The translations under genes were made by a program, and so were the position numbers. 64,000 bases of DNA from a virus, in the IMG/VR virus record IMGVR_UViG_3300050821_004356, positions 47,568 through 111,567 of that record; one strand, given 5' to 3'. The notes beneath the pieces were generated by a model. It did no database searches, was not told the DNA's origin, and saw only the letters and a program-made list of their open reading frames with translations. Positions 46,774-55,387 of this stretch are shown here, one piece after another (the first letter of the stretch is position 1; every line of letters begins with the position of its first letter).

Positions 46774-49332
46774 ATGCCATTTAACCCGCTGGCCGTAAGA
46801 GGCCCTTTACTAAGTCCATCGCCCGGAACGCCAACTGTGGTCGGAGCGGTTTATAACGCAACCGCACCTGCGCCCCAAGATGAACAAGGCTGTTCCCTTC
46901 AATGCGATTCAGCCGGAAACCTTTTAGTAAATGTGGCCGTCGGTGGCGGTGGTGGTGGCGGCAGCAACGTCAATTTGGTTCAAGTGGGTGGCGTACCGTT
47001 TTCATTAGGCCAACAATTGGCCGCACAGAGTTTGCCTGTCGTTTTAACAGCGGCGCAAATCGCGGCTCTAACTCCGCTGTCGACGGTCACCGTTCTCCAA
47101 GGTACTTCACCTTGGGTAGTCAGCGGAACGGTCACAATTACTCCGTCTGGTCTTCAAAATGTGAATGTCACGGAGTGGAACACTGTCGCTCTTGGCTCAC
47201 CTTCCGCTTATGGAACGTCTCCCGGTGCGGTTAATGTCATCGGCGTGAACGCGTTCATTACGAACACGGTTCCTGTCACTCTAGCTTCGACGACTATTAC
47301 CGGGACGGTAGCTGTAACTCAATCAACGAGTCCTTGGGTTGTCAGTCTCGCGTCTACAACGGTTACAAATACCGTTGCCGAGAATCTCATTCAAGTTGCT
47401 GGCGTCACACTGGGCGCTACAGCGGTCACCAATTTCGGAACGGCTCCCGCCGCTGCTGCGGTCCCGGGAGTAAACGCATCGTTGTTTGCAGGCACCACAG
47501 GTATCACGGCTACAGGTTCTTCATTGAACGTAGACGTTACGAATACAGTTCCTGTCACCCTTGCTTCGACCACGATTACCGGAACTGTCTCGGTAACACA
47601 AGGCACAACGCCGTGGGTTGTCGCAGGCAGCTTGACGAACAATAACGCCGCTCCAACCGCTACACTTATAGGTGTATTGGGCGCGATAGCCGAGACTGCG
47701 TACAATACTGTTACTTATACGACAGGTGATATGGTTCTGCCTGTTACAGACCTGCACGGCGCTCTCAATGAAGATTTACAGGCTGTGGCGGGCGTCCAGA
47801 TTGGCGCTACATCAGTCGTTGCCTTTGGTTCGGCTCCAGCCGCTGTTAACGTTGAAGCTGTAAATGCTTCAATTTTCTCAGGTGCCACTGCCTTAACGAA
47901 TACCGCTGGCGCGTTGAACGTTAACGTAACCAACACGGGAACACCATTCACGGTAGAGGGTGACGAAACCAATAACGCTGCCGCACCAGAGGCAGCCGCC
48001 GCTCTCGAAGTTCTCCCAGCGATTGCGAATGCCGCTTCACCTTCGTGGACCGAGGGATTCAACGTTCTTTTGTCCGTCGATCTCTTAGGTCGTCAGCGCA
48101 TCCGTGGCACACTGACCCCGAATAACGCTGCGCCCGGTTCTGATGGTCAGATGGCGCTCACAACTATCGCTAACGCGGTAGCTCCGACGTACACCGAAGG
48201 GGATTTGGTACTTGCGTCTGTTGACCTTAACGGCGCGACCCGCATCGTGGGAACGCGCACGAATAATAACGCGGCCCCGAGTTTTGAGGTTGGAGTTCTT
48301 CCTGCTCTCGCTAATGCTGCTAGCCCATCGTGGACAGAGGGCAATCAAGTATTAGAGTCGGTCGATCTAACAGGCCGTCAACGCATTCGTGGTACGCTTA
48401 CCAACAACAATGCCGCTCCTACGGCAGACCTTATCGAGGTTATGCCTGCGGTTGCAACCACCGCCGCGCCTACTTACACTACTGGCGACGCGGTTATGTT
48501 GTCTACGGATTTAAGCGGAAATCTTCGAGTAACTCCGACGGCAGTTGGGACGCTCACAAACAATAACGCGGCACCCGGCACGATAAACTTGGGCGTTCTC
48601 CCAGCCGTTGCCAATGCGGCTGCCCCGACGTGGACCGAGGGTGACCAAGTTCTTTTGTCTGTGGATTTGCACGGCGCTCAACGTGTATCGGGAGCGACAG
48701 GTCAAAACGTCGCGCCACTAGCCTTTGAATTGGTTACTGGTGGCGTATTCAATACCACCATTCCTGCTCTGACGGCTGGCAACGCATCTCAGTTTCAAAC
48801 AGACTCGACAGGCGCTCAAGCGGTTAACACAGCAGGTCGTAAGCAGACTTATCGCTGCTCTGTCGCTAGTACCCCAATCGTGTCAGCCAGTTTTAGCCCG
48901 ACGTTTTCAGTTACGGGAAGTGCAACAAAAACAGTTCGTATTAATCGCATTCGACTCTCTTGTACTGCGGCAACAGGCACTGTTGCCAGCTTTTTTATGT
49001 ACCGTTATTCAGCCTTGTCTGGAGGTACTGCTGTCTCTCAGTCGAATCTTATCTGTAAAATGGATATTAACAATGCGGCAAACACAGCAGTTGTTAATTT
49101 TTGGACAGTAGCCGCAACAACCGTAACACCCGCAGGTAGCCCGACTAGCGACCGTTATGAGATTGTTACTCCAGCGGTCACCGTACCAGTTCCTTATATC
49201 GAGTGGCTGTTTGGTGATAATCACGGTCAAGAATTAGTTTTAAGAGGGACATCTGACTTTATAGGCGTATGTGTAAGTGTGGTAGGAACAACACCTACCT
49301 TACAAATAATGGTGGAATGGACGGAGGAATAA
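46774..49332 (+). CDS. large Thr/Val/Ala-rich repeat protein (probably virion-associated)
   Basis: Repeated TNNNAAP..PTWTEG..VL.SVDL.G units and VTQ.T.PWVV units. Confidence 0.75.
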   Translation: MPFNPLAVRGPLLSPSPGTPTVVGAVYNATAPAPQDEQGCSLQCDSAGNLLVNVAVGGGGGGGSNVNLVQVGGVPFSLGQQLAAQSLPVVLTAAQIAALTPLSTVTVLQGTSPWVVSGTVTITPSGLQNVNVTEWNTVALGSPSAYGTSPGAVNVIGVNAFITNTVPVTLASTTITGTVAVTQSTSPWVVSLASTTVTNTVAENLIQVAGVTLGATAVTNFGTAPAAAAVPGVNASLFAGTTGITATGSSLNVDVTNTVPVTLASTTITGTVSVTQGTTPWVVAGSLTNNNAAPTATLIGVLGAIAETAYNTVTYTTGDMVLPVTDLHGALNEDLQAVAGVQIGATSVVAFGSAPAAVNVEAVNASIFSGATALTNTAGALNVNVTNTGTPFTVEGDETNNAAAPEAAAALEVLPAIANAASPSWTEGFNVLLSVDLLGRQRIRGTLTPNNAAPGSDGQMALTTIANAVAPTYTEGDLVLASVDLNGATRIVGTRTNNNAAPSFEVGVLPALANAASPSWTEGNQVLESVDLTGRQRIRGTLTNNNAAPTADLIEVMPAVATTAAPTYTTGDAVMLSTDLSGNLRVTPTAVGTLTNNNAAPGTINLGVLPAVANAAAPTWTEGDQVLLSVDLHGAQRVSGATGQNVAPLAFELVTGGVFNTTIPALTAGNASQFQTDSTGAQAVNTAGRKQTYRCSVASTPIVSASFSPTFSVTGSATKTVRINRIRLSCTAATGTVASFFMYRYSALSGGTAVSQSNLICKMDINNAANTAVVNFWTVAATTVTPAGSPTSDRYEIVTPAVTVPVPYIEWLFGDNHGQELVLRGTSDFIGVCVSVVGTTPTLQIMVEWTEE

Positions 49333-49333
49333 T

Positions 49334-50101
49334 ATGTCTACAGTCACTTGGGATTCGACGGCTGTAGCAAATAGTACTCTGCAAGGTACTGTCGATAGCG
49401 CTTCTACAATCATTGTAACTCTTAACATCGCCGGAACTCTCACAGCGGGATTGATTGATTTTGAAGCATCGACAGACGGAGTGGTGTGGTACCCCATTAC
49501 AGGTTTTGTTCAAAGTACGTTTGCTATATTCACTAATTGGCAACCATTCTATGGTTCTTCCATAGCCCTTCAGTTTAACATCGCAGGGTTTAGTATATAC
49601 CGCTGTCGTTTGGTAACTACGCTGACGGGCACAGGCAACGTAACTATATACAGTAACGGAGTTGCGAATGCCTGTTTTACAATAGTGTCATCTGTTGTGC
49701 AGCAAAACGGCGCGAACCTGCATACGGTCGTTGATAGTGGAACAATCACCGCGACCCCGACTACAGCAGCGGCTGGTGCCCTTTTAGCTAAAATTATCAG
49801 TGCCACTGGGGCACTCACACTAATAAAAGGTTCGACAGGTAATTTGTACGGGATGTATTTTCTCAACAATACAGCCGTGGCTTCGTGGATTCAGTTCTTC
49901 AACGCAGCTACCACTGGTGCTGTCACCCTTGGAACAACTGTCCCTGTTTGGGCCGCCCCAATCCCGGCAAACGGAATTCTGAATATTTCACCGGGGTACT
50001 TTGCACAATTCAACTTTTCGGCGGGCATTGTCTATGCCGCAACATCTTTACTTCAAGGTACCGTCGTTGAAAGTATGTCGGGAACAGTGGAGTATTTATA
50101 G
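49334..50101 (+). CDS. beta-rich putative structural protein
   Basis: FEASTDG..W; C-terminal domain resembles 50308-50691 (VTLGTTVP). Confidence 0.65.
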   Translation: MSTVTWDSTAVANSTLQGTVDSASTIIVTLNIAGTLTAGLIDFEASTDGVVWYPITGFVQSTFAIFTNWQPFYGSSIALQFNIAGFSIYRCRLVTTLTGTGNVTIYSNGVANACFTIVSSVVQQNGANLHTVVDSGTITATPTTAAAGALLAKIISATGALTLIKGSTGNLYGMYFLNNTAVASWIQFFNAATTGAVTLGTTVPVWAAPIPANGILNISPGYFAQFNFSAGIVYAATSLLQGTVVESMSGTVEYL

Positions 50102-50142
50102 TAGTTAGTATTTAAAACAATCAAATAAAAAGGAGCAACACA

Positions 50143-50298
50143 ATGAACACCACAATAGAAAAGATTTTCGAAGAGATCGGCCGATTGCACATTCAGATTT
50201 CGCAACAAGCAGTTTACATTGCGCAGTTGGAAGCGACGAATAAATCGCTCCAAGCAGCAGCGCAAGCGGCAACCCCAGTAGCATCTGCTACGGCGTAG
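50143..50298 (+). CDS. small coiled-coil protein
   Basis: AAGGAG RBS then MNTTIEKIFEEIG. Confidence 0.55.
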   Translation: MNTTIEKIFEEIGRLHIQISQQAVYIAQLEATNKSLQAAAQAATPVASATA

Positions 50299-50307
50299 GA
50301 GATTTAA

Positions 50308-50691
50308 GTGGGTATAACTCAAGTCAACGTAACATCGCCCGCGAATGAAATAATCTTTCAAGATACTGCGATGGGTACTTCTGTCGATGGTATCAAAGCA
50401 TCCTCTGCACTCGTCTATTCAGTTACAGTCGATAACAGCGCGAACGGTGGAGCGGCATCCTATGTCAAACTTTATAATCTAGCTAGTGGCTCGGTTACTC
50501 TTGGAACTACTGTTCCAGACGAGGTTATTCTGGCCCCAGCTGGTCAAGTTGTTACAGCGATTTTCAAAACGGGCGCAGCAGGCGGGAAGACTTTCGGCAC
50601 CGCGTTAAGCGCAGCCTGTGTGACTACAGGCGGAACGGCTGGTATAGTAGCGCCGTCCTCTTCGGTAGTCGTCTCCGTGAATTACGTCTAG
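50308..50691 (+). CDS. beta-rich putative structural protein
   Basis: AGGAG RBS; paralog of the C-domain of 49334-50101. Confidence 0.65.
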   Translation: MGITQVNVTSPANEIIFQDTAMGTSVDGIKASSALVYSVTVDNSANGGAASYVKLYNLASGSVTLGTTVPDEVILAPAGQVVTAIFKTGAAGGKTFGTALSAACVTTGGTAGIVAPSSSVVVSVNYV

Positions 50692-50695
50692 CCGC

Positions 50696-50724
50696 TTGAC
50701 AAGTAAGTAGATTTGTGGTAGCAT
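50696..50724 (+). promoter_or_regulatory. sigma70-type promoter
   Basis: TTGACA-17-TAGCAT with extended TG. Confidence 0.7.
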
Positions 50725-50756
50725 AAATTAGCCCTTGGGGTTGCTCCCAGGGGTCA

Positions 50757-50804
50757 GACTTGGGGGGTGCCTATTACATCCCCCTTGTCGTTCTTAATAG
50801 GAGA
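50757..50804 (+). promoter_or_regulatory. anti-SD pseudoknot leader, copy 1
   Basis: Stem GGGGGGTG/CATCCCCC; loop CCTATTA pairs with TAATAGG(AGA). Confidence 0.7.
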
Positions 50805-50809
50805 ATAAA

Positions 50810-51481
50810 ATGGGAACAGGACTGTGCAGTAAGTGTCATGTTGTTTTAACGCTTGAGAATTCTTGCGAGTCAGTGTTTGTAAAGCACGCCGGGTATTGTC
50901 GGCTGTGCGCTAAGACTCGGATAGGAACAGGGCGTTGTTACAGCTGTAAAAATGTTTTGGATATAAGCAATAGTAACCCATCTACGTTGGCTATTGGTCG
51001 CGGCAAGTGTCGTTCTTGCGAACACGAAGAATATGAAGCTAGTGCAGAGGTAGTAAAAAAGCGTGCCTCTAAATGGTCGAAGGACAACCCCGAAAGACGT
51101 AAGGCTATACAAGCAAAAAATTGGGAAAAATATTGGCGCGAACTTCCAGTTGAGATTAAGAAGATTATATCTAATAAAAACACCGCGCGATACAGAGAAG
51201 TAAAATTCGGTATTACTCACGAAGAGTTTGTTGCTAAATTTCAAGCCCAAAACGGTCGTTGTGCTCTTTGTGATAAGCAGATGGTTCTAGGGAAGTATAC
51301 AATGCTTACCCCATGCCAAGACCACGACCACAAGACAGGCGAATTAAGAGATATATTGTGCAGCGCCTGTAATTTGTTGTTGGGTTACTGCTATGAAAGT
51401 CAAACAATTTTAGTAAGTGCCATAAGGTATTTACAAAAGCACAAAGGCGATAGTTCGATCCAAATCGCTGAGTGTGGATAG
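50810..51481 (+). CDS. endonuclease VII-like homing endonuclease
   Basis: N-terminal CxxC repeats; CALC, DHDH.TG..R..LC..CN. Confidence 0.85.
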   Translation: MGTGLCSKCHVVLTLENSCESVFVKHAGYCRLCAKTRIGTGRCYSCKNVLDISNSNPSTLAIGRGKCRSCEHEEYEASAEVVKKRASKWSKDNPERRKAIQAKNWEKYWRELPVEIKKIISNKNTARYREVKFGITHEEFVAKFQAQNGRCALCDKQMVLGKYTMLTPCQDHDHKTGELRDILCSACNLLLGYCYESQTILVSAIRYLQKHKGDSSIQIAECG

Positions 51482-51587
51482 TTCAGAATAAGTTCTGTTC
51501 TCTCCGAAAGCGTGTGTAAACGGACAAGGAGTAGTTAAAGAAGTTTCCGCTACCGTTCTGCAGGCGTATATCAAGAGGTAACAAAAA

Positions 51588-52229
51588 GTGTCATATCCCA
51601 TCCAGGATTTTCAAGTCAATGGTCAGTTCCCAGCCACAGTTGGCGGCTCTGGTTCGACCGTCAAGTATTTCGGCCGCAACGTTCCCGCAGCCGCAGGCGC
51701 AAACTGGGTAGCCGCACCGGCGACCCCGTCAGCGACCAGCCCTGTGGGCGCAATGTGGGTCCCAGGCGACAACAAGTTGAACGGTCAGTTGATGTTCGTT
51801 ACCGCGACTGGTGATTTTACGCCAGCGTCTAACGCGACGTCTGAAACCGTTACGGTTGCTCTTTACGGCGTGACCGGTTCTTTGACGGCCCCTGTTTATA
51901 CGATTCTCGCTTCGACAGGTGCGTTTACTCCTGGCGTTGACGGTATCGCGTATAACTTCAGCATCCAGGCTGAGTTGTTCGGGTCCAACAACAGCGGCAT
52001 CGTTGGCGGAACGTACACGTCAATCGTGAACAACACTGTTACTAACGGCACTGGCGCATCTAGCACATCCGTTGTGGCATTGGTGAACTCGTTGACCGGT
52101 ATCAACTTTGCTAGCGGCAACCCGCTGTTGTACCAAGCTGCTCCATTCGGTTTGGTGGTTGGTATCACCTTCGGCGCAAGTAACGTGGCTAACAAGGCCA
52201 ACTTGTACCAGTTCAGCATCGAAGCTTAA
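51588..52229 (+). CDS. putative virion structural protein
   Basis: GAGG RBS; Gly/Ala/Thr-rich beta composition. Confidence 0.6.
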   Translation: MSYPIQDFQVNGQFPATVGGSGSTVKYFGRNVPAAAGANWVAAPATPSATSPVGAMWVPGDNKLNGQLMFVTATGDFTPASNATSETVTVALYGVTGSLTAPVYTILASTGAFTPGVDGIAYNFSIQAELFGSNNSGIVGGTYTSIVNNTVTNGTGASSTSVVALVNSLTGINFASGNPLLYQAAPFGLVVGITFGASNVANKANLYQFSIEA

Positions 52230-52373
52230 TTAACCTCGGGGGTCTAACAAGGCCCCCACAACTTTCTCTGTGACTCGCGCGTAACTTATTTGAACGGCGA
52301 TCCAGAGATATCGTGCGCAATCCACAGTCAGTCTGGCCGTTACAACCGGTGACAAAAATTTAAAGGGACCCAC

Positions 52374-52625
52374 ATGTCGGCGTTTGATACTAGCACGGAT
52401 GAAGGCTTTAAACAATTTCTTATCGAAAAGATAGGTGAGATACATACATCGTCTGCAACGATGGAAGGTAATTTTAAAGCTGCAATGGAGCAGCACGCGG
52501 CTTTAAAAGAACGCGTGGGTAATATAGAACGCGCGGCTCGATCAGCAGGACATTGGGAGAACGGTAAGTTCATAGCTCTGACTCTCGTACACGCAGCGGC
52601 AAACATTTTTAAGGTTCATATTTAA
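52374..52625 (+). CDS. coiled-coil protein with C-terminal hydrophobic segment
   Basis: Composition and architecture. Confidence 0.55.
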   Translation: MSAFDTSTDEGFKQFLIEKIGEIHTSSATMEGNFKAAMEQHAALKERVGNIERAARSAGHWENGKFIALTLVHAAANIFKVHI

Positions 52626-52637
52626 CAGGAGATTTTT

Positions 52638-52964
52638 ATGAAGCAAGTAAAAGAAGGCGCACAAGGCGGTAACATGCCTGGTAAAGAAGGTCATCGCGCG
52701 ACTGGTAAGAGCAATCATCCGGAAGCAACCCTTCGTAACGGTTCTAAGCCGAGCGGAAACTCATTGGCTGCATTTGGATTGAAGCAGAGTCCTCATGAGG
52801 AAGCTCCGAGCGGGGAAAGTAATCACGAAACTCGTCGTTTCGGCAACAAGCCGAGCGCAGAGAAGGTTAAGCCTGTTTCGCACGATAAGGCAACCTTGAG
52901 CCGTGCCCGCATGTTGAACGTTCGCTCTGAAAAGGGTGGAGCGGAAAAGGGCGGCGGTTGGTAA
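52638..52964 (+). CDS. small basic disordered protein
   Basis: AGGAG RBS; motif shared with 35920-36209. Confidence 0.6.
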   Translation: MKQVKEGAQGGNMPGKEGHRATGKSNHPEATLRNGSKPSGNSLAAFGLKQSPHEEAPSGESNHETRRFGNKPSAEKVKPVSHDKATLSRARMLNVRSEKGGAEKGGGW

Positions 52965-52986
52965 TTTAAGTTTGTAGCTACAGGTT

Positions 52987-53024
52987 GGGCGGTGCCCTAT
53001 CACCGCCCTTACTCTATAGGGAGA
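52987..53024 (+). promoter_or_regulatory. anti-SD pseudoknot leader, copy 2
   Basis: Stem GGGCGGTG/CACCGCCC; loop CCCTAT pairs with ATAGGG(AGA). Confidence 0.65.
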
Positions 53025-53033
53025 GTATATAAA

Positions 53034-53534
53034 ATGAGAATAGATACGTGTGTAAACTGTAATAAAGATTTTTCGCACGACAGTGGTAAACGACGATTAA
53101 GGTGCCTCACGTGTCGCAAAGAAAATTTCAGAATCAAAGCGTTAGAAAGATATTGGAAAAACCCAGAGAAGTCTAGGTTATCTACGGCGCGTTGGCGAGA
53201 AAACAATAAAGATAAAATTAAGAACTATGCTCGTAAGAACTCAGTACGATACTTGTATGGTTTGAGTTTTGAACAGTATGAAAAAATGCTTAAAGAGCAA
53301 GACGGGAAATGTTTTATTTGTGGCGGCACTCCTAATAGGGAATTGGATGTTGACCACGATCACGAAACGAAAGAAGTTCGTAAATTATTGTGCAACCGAT
53401 GTAATCGACTCATCGCCATACTAGAGATAGGTGGACTAGATGTCGGTCGCAAGGCAATTGTTTATTTGGAGAGTTATGCCAGCCGAGAGCCAGAAGCAAC
53501 AGATCGCGATGGCGATAGCGCTTCATCATCCTGA
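53034..53534 (+). CDS. endonuclease VII-like homing endonuclease
   Basis: YGLS.EQY..M...Q..KC.IC, VDHDH.T..VR.LLC..CN; start at ATG 53034. Confidence 0.88.
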   Translation: MRIDTCVNCNKDFSHDSGKRRLRCLTCRKENFRIKALERYWKNPEKSRLSTARWRENNKDKIKNYARKNSVRYLYGLSFEQYEKMLKEQDGKCFICGGTPNRELDVDHDHETKEVRKLLCNRCNRLIAILEIGGLDVGRKAIVYLESYASREPEATDRDGDSASSS

Positions 53535-53664
53535 AAAACTACACGCAGAGAATCGAGGCATGTTAGATATGTCGCGCAAAGCGTTACATGATTTTGCCTC
53601 GACTCCGCGCCATAATCTACCAACGTACGCACACGCGAGAGCAGCACGTAAGAAAGAATCCTAG
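53476..53664 (+). CDS. DUF3008-like small protein
   Basis: MPAES.KQQ.A..IAL...MS...L.DFAST.R.NLP. Confidence 0.65.
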   Translation: MPAESQKQQIAMAIALHHPEKLHAENRGMLDMSRKALHDFASTPRHNLPTYAHARAARKKES

Positions 53665-53693
53665 AGTCCTACTAACGGAAGAACTACTTGAGC

Positions 53694-53803
53694 GGCGGCG
53701 AGTAGCGCACGCAGAAACGATACTTGCCGGTTGATTGAGTCCAACCGCTTCCTAAGCCCCGGTCAATCGGGTGCAGAAGAGCACGTTAGTGGTGACCGCC
53801 GCC
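53694..53803 (+). ncRNA. unidentified structured RNA
   Basis: GGCGGCG/CGCCGCC closing stem; complementary loops ATTGA/TCAAT. Confidence 0.45.
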
Positions 53804-53821
53804 AAATTTTATTGAGGTACT

Positions 53822-54058
53822 ATGGTACATAACGGACATATCGGTTTTGAAATTGAACATTGCGATGATGGTAGCGCTATGTGCAGCTACGAGCACGAAG
53901 ATAAACTAAAGTCTGCGCGGCACGCGGTAGCGGACCTAGATGCGATTCACGATAGTCTCGAAGACTACTTACGTGAACAAGAAGAAGAGGAAAAGAAAGA
54001 AGAAGATGTTCATCCAGGCATTCACGATGAGATTAAACATCCCGAGGATGAAGAGTAA
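53822..54058 (+). CDS. His-rich small protein (paralog 1)
   Basis: H..DGSA...H...HAV..LD..HDS. Confidence 0.65.
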   Translation: MVHNGHIGFEIEHCDDGSAMCSYEHEDKLKSARHAVADLDAIHDSLEDYLREQEEEEKKEEDVHPGIHDEIKHPEDEE

Positions 54059-54060
54059 TC

Positions 54061-54345
54061 ATGAAAAAGCATAAATTTCATAAGACGACCGGGCAACTTC
54101 ACAAGGATGGTAGTGCGACCGTAGAACACCATCACTCCGAAGGTCCGCACAAGAACGTTAAGCACGCGGTTCAATCTTTGGATCACTTGCACGACAGCAT
54201 GCAGGCAAATTTGGGAGCGCCTAACCCAGGAGAACCAGAAGCGGATATGGGTCAGCACGGCGTGCCTCAAGCCCAGGCAGCACCAGCAGGTATCCCGATG
54301 GCCCCTGGAGCAGCACCGGCCCCGGCACCGGTACCAGGAGTATAA
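54061..54345 (+). CDS. His-rich small protein (paralog 2)
   Basis: Same motif as paralog 1. Confidence 0.65.
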   Translation: MKKHKFHKTTGQLHKDGSATVEHHHSEGPHKNVKHAVQSLDHLHDSMQANLGAPNPGEPEADMGQHGVPQAQAAPAGIPMAPGAAPAPAPVPGV

Positions 54346-54346
54346 T

Positions 54347-54535
54347 ATGGCAAAGAATCCATCACTTTATAGAGCGATTCATCACATGCGTAAGGGCGGC
54401 TTGCATCGCGCATTAGGTGTACCCGAAGGTGAAAAAATCCCTTCTAAGAAAATAGAAGCCGCAACACATAGCGATAACGCTCATGTGGCTCATATGGCAC
54501 GGTTCGCACAAACACTCAAAAGTTTTAAAAAGTAA
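54347..54535 (+). CDS. small basic phage protein
   Basis: KGGLHRALGVPEGEKIP motif; AGGAG RBS. Confidence 0.65.
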   Translation: MAKNPSLYRAIHHMRKGGLHRALGVPEGEKIPSKKIEAATHSDNAHVAHMARFAQTLKSFKK

Positions 54536-54561
54536 TTCTTCGGCTTGATCACCGAAGCGTA

Positions 54562-54609
54562 GACTTGGGGCGTACCTAAATTACGCTCCTTGTCGCATCT
54601 ATTTAGGAG
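54562..54609 (+). promoter_or_regulatory. anti-SD pseudoknot leader, copy 3
   Basis: Stem GGGGCGTA/TACGCTCC; loop CCTAAAT pairs with ATTTAGG(AG). Confidence 0.7.
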
Positions 54610-55128
54610 ATGAAAATGAAAACCTGTACTCGTTGTGAAAAAGAATTATCGGAAGAATCTTTCTACAAAGATAAGAGAACTGGAAAGCTACGATCTTGGT
54701 GCAAGAAGTGTCATCAAGAAGTTAGCTTAGGTTATCAAAACAACCACAAAGACGATAATCAGCGCCGTGGACGCGAGTATCGTGATCGTCACCCATTTAG
54801 ATTGGATGTTCAGCGCGCACACAGACGAGCTAAACGTTACAACACTTTGTCTACTCTAACTGAATCAGAGTGGAGAACACAAGTGGAATTATTTTCTTTT
54901 ATGTGCCACGTATGTGGACAAGAACTAACGTTAGAAGTTAAAAAGGAAAATACGCTTAGTTTGGATCATCTTATCCCGCTCAACCGTGGCGGAATAAATG
55001 CAAAAGAGAACGTAGCCCCAACCTGTTGGAATTGCAACAGGTCGAAGGGGGACAGAACACAAACAGAGTTTGAAGATTGGATTAGGAAAGTAACAAATCA
55101 TAATGAGTTTTTTCAAAGCTATTTTTGA
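54610..55128 (+). CDS. HNH endonuclease
   Basis: KTC..C...FY...CK.C; DHLIPLNRGG.N..EN....C..CN.SK. Confidence 0.9.
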   Translation: MKMKTCTRCEKELSEESFYKDKRTGKLRSWCKKCHQEVSLGYQNNHKDDNQRRGREYRDRHPFRLDVQRAHRRAKRYNTLSTLTESEWRTQVELFSFMCHVCGQELTLEVKKENTLSLDHLIPLNRGGINAKENVAPTCWNCNRSKGDRTQTEFEDWIRKVTNHNEFFQSYF

Positions 55129-55387
55129 TGACAGAGATAAGTCTGTGAACGCCAGTCACTGCATAGCTTTTTTACTGACGTTCTCTAGCATCGCGTGGGT
55201 TACATATCTCGTCCATAAGAATCATATTTTGCCTGACCTATCAGGTATCGCTTATCTCCTAGGCGGTTCCGGCGCAATGAACGTAGCCAATAAGATGGAA
55301 GATATCGTTGCCAAGTTTTCTAAAAAATCCAGTGATGGTTCTGTAGCAGAGTCATCGGTTGTAGTTAAGAAGATCGAAAGCCAATGA
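55103..55387 (+). CDS. small two-TM membrane protein (holin-like)
   Basis: Two hydrophobic segments and a charged tail. Confidence 0.45.
   Translation: MSFFKAIFDDRDKSVNASHCIAFLLTFSSIAWVTYLVHKNHILPDLSGIAYLLGGSGAMNVANKMEDIVAKFSKKSSDGSVAESSVVVKKIESQ

Noticed and set aside
45873-48344. Minus-strand Pro/Ala/Val-rich ORFs
   Set aside because: They are antisense shadows of the collagen and repeat genes
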